A DNA stretch of 64,000 nucleotides from NCBI RefSeq assembly GCF_008831285.2, contig NC_045138.2:16802001-16866000 (forward strand), in the 5' to 3' direction. The position numbers and the translations under genes were made by a program. The stretch comes from Nymphaea colorata. Taxonomy: Eukaryota. The notes under the pieces are model-generated. The model saw nothing but the letters and a program-made list of their open reading frames with translations, had not been told where the DNA came from and did no database searches. This document shows, in pieces, positions 62,085 to 64,000 of this stretch (its first letter is position 1; each line of letters starts with the position of its first letter).

Positions 62085-64000
62085 CTGTCAAACCAATTAC
62101 ATGGAAAACTTCGTTATTAATTAGTTGTCCAACGTACCCCAGGAGAGAAAATAATTATGTAGCTTTTGATCTTGGTTAATTTATGTGGGGGATCACAACT
62201 TACCAATTTTGTTTTAACACTAGTAAGTTTCTAATTATAAACTCCCACCCTTTTCATAAATTAATCTGCTTATACAGATCATGCCTAGATTGGTTTTATG
62301 TACTTTTTCCAACTCTACCAGATAGCTTTGTTGAGACTTCAATGTATCCGAAGCACCATATACAATTGAAAAGTTTTGAAGGATAGCTTACCATATACAA
62401 TTGAAAAGTTTTGAAGGATAGCTTCAACGACCAAAATTGATTTGCTTATTAGAGGCAGTTTGATCAAACAGAACTGAAAATATGTTCTTTAGAAATCAAA
62501 TGTATGATAGAACAGACAGAACAGGCAAACATGTTCTATGTGAACTAAAGTTAAATAGAGCAAACATTATGTTTTGGTATTAATTTCATCAAACAATGAA
62601 TGGAGAATTGGTGAGTCGATGAGACATGACGGTGGTGTAAACTGTAAAGAACAGGACGTCCTATTGTCCTGTCTCTATGGAACATGAATCAAACGACCTC
62701 TTAAGAAAACCGACCTACATAACTGGTTATTGATTGTTTTTTGTTTGGAGGCAGTATTATAAGAGACTTTTAGTGACGGCTTCTGCAAAAGGTCATTGAA
62801 CGTCTAACTTTTGTTGATGTCATTCTATTTAACGTCAGTAAATTTACATGTTCGGCACTTTAAAGTTGAGCAAGCAAACGAGAGCAATGCTTTCCATTCA
62901 TATGTCAATCATCCCATGATCGGATATAGGGTTATAGAGATGTTAATGGATCAGATTTAAATCAATTATACATTTAACCATATCTACTTTTTTTAATCAG
63001 CTATTAAATTCTTTTCCATATCCGGCTTTTTTTAATGGTTTAGTCGGATATCCAATCGAAATTTGGTATATTGATATCCCTAAATTACATATTTTGATAT
63101 AATGAGTCGGCATGCTTTGAGGGAGCAGGGGCAGGAGATTACTAGTATTGGATCCTCTCACACAGAAACTAATAAATCTTTTGATCTTTTGCAAATGTGA
63201 GATCACAGTTAAATTTTTTGATCTTATTTTTCATGGCCGAATCCAAGTTTGGCTCCAAGTCAAATCAAGAAATATCTGAATATATAGAAGGACATGATTG
63301 TCGGATTAATTTGCACTTTTCAAATTTAGAAATAAATTTTGTCTTCAAGTCGAACAAAAAGGTATTCGAATACTAAAATGCTTCCTCGATCGACAGCAAT
63401 GGGTGCTTCTCCTCCAGCGAACCAAAGTTAACGACTTTTACTGACATTTTGATTTCTTGGCATCAGTAAATGCCTTGTTCTTTGCTCCAGGCAAGAAAAA
63501 CTGTTGGCGTTTAGGAGACACCTAAAACAAAGGGGGGCTGGGGGGCCTCAAAAAAAAAATTAAAAATGTAATTTTTTTAAAAAAATTCATTTATTATGAA
63601 AAAAGTTTTGAAAAATTATATTAATACTATAATTCGACTTCCTGGTGAAAAATTCTGAAGTCCAACGCTGGCAAGAGTTTAAAGAAAGAACGTCAAATCC
63701 ACTCACGTTAGAATGTCACATGCACGAAAAAATTGGCAAAGGAGGCACGGTATTGTTTTGAACTCAAACAAACTTCAACCCTCAATCACCAAGACATACA
63801 ACAAGAGACACAAGTTAGCCCAAGACCATAAAACTCACAACTCTTTAACTTCCATCATAGCAAATACAAGATGGCCACTGCATCCATGCATTATTATTAA
63901 AGCAAGACAACAACACAAACAGGAGACCACAAAAGACAGACCCGGTTACCCATGCACAACGGGTAGCCATTACACAACATTGACCGGAACATACATCTTG
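62085..64000 (-). other. Third, more diverged unit: downstream flank and 3' UTR of a probable fifth PRE-like gene whose CDS lies beyond the window
   Basis: 62085-62900 parallels ~36343-37300; 63670-64000 parallels ~38155-38527, which is the PRE B 3' UTR (acccggttacccatgcacaacgggtagccat...acatcttg). Confidence 0.75.

Overview
Plant (angiosperm) nuclear DNA; the species cannot be fixed from the sequence alone. The first ~24 kb is an ordinary gene-rich stretch with four + strand genes: the 3' end of a MATH/TRAF-domain gene (TRAF1A/B-like), GPI-anchor transamidase GPI8/PIG-K (10 coding exons), 60S acidic ribosomal protein P1, and an OR23-like F-box/kelch gene. It also holds a decayed LINE and a retroposed 5' fragment of U2 snRNA. 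The last ~40 kb is a tandem array. An ~18.5-kb unit occurs twice (~24502-43348 and ~43349-61757), followed by the start of an older, more diverged unit. Each large unit carries two divergent PRE/ILI-type atypical HLH genes on the - strand (types A and B), a dead Ty1/copia element at the same site, MITEs and solo LTRs. The 3' UTR of a probable fifth PRE gene is at the window end. Highlights: the PRE genes lie between long inverted-repeat arms (possible Pack-MULE/foldback capture); a mosaic chloroplast insertion (trnR-ACG, two ycf2 pieces, atpA) is present in only one duplicate; divergence between the duplicates is very patchy (suggesting gene conversion); and a small 3' UTR hairpin with covariation is shared by all PRE copies. 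Identities quoted are by-eye estimates, not computed.
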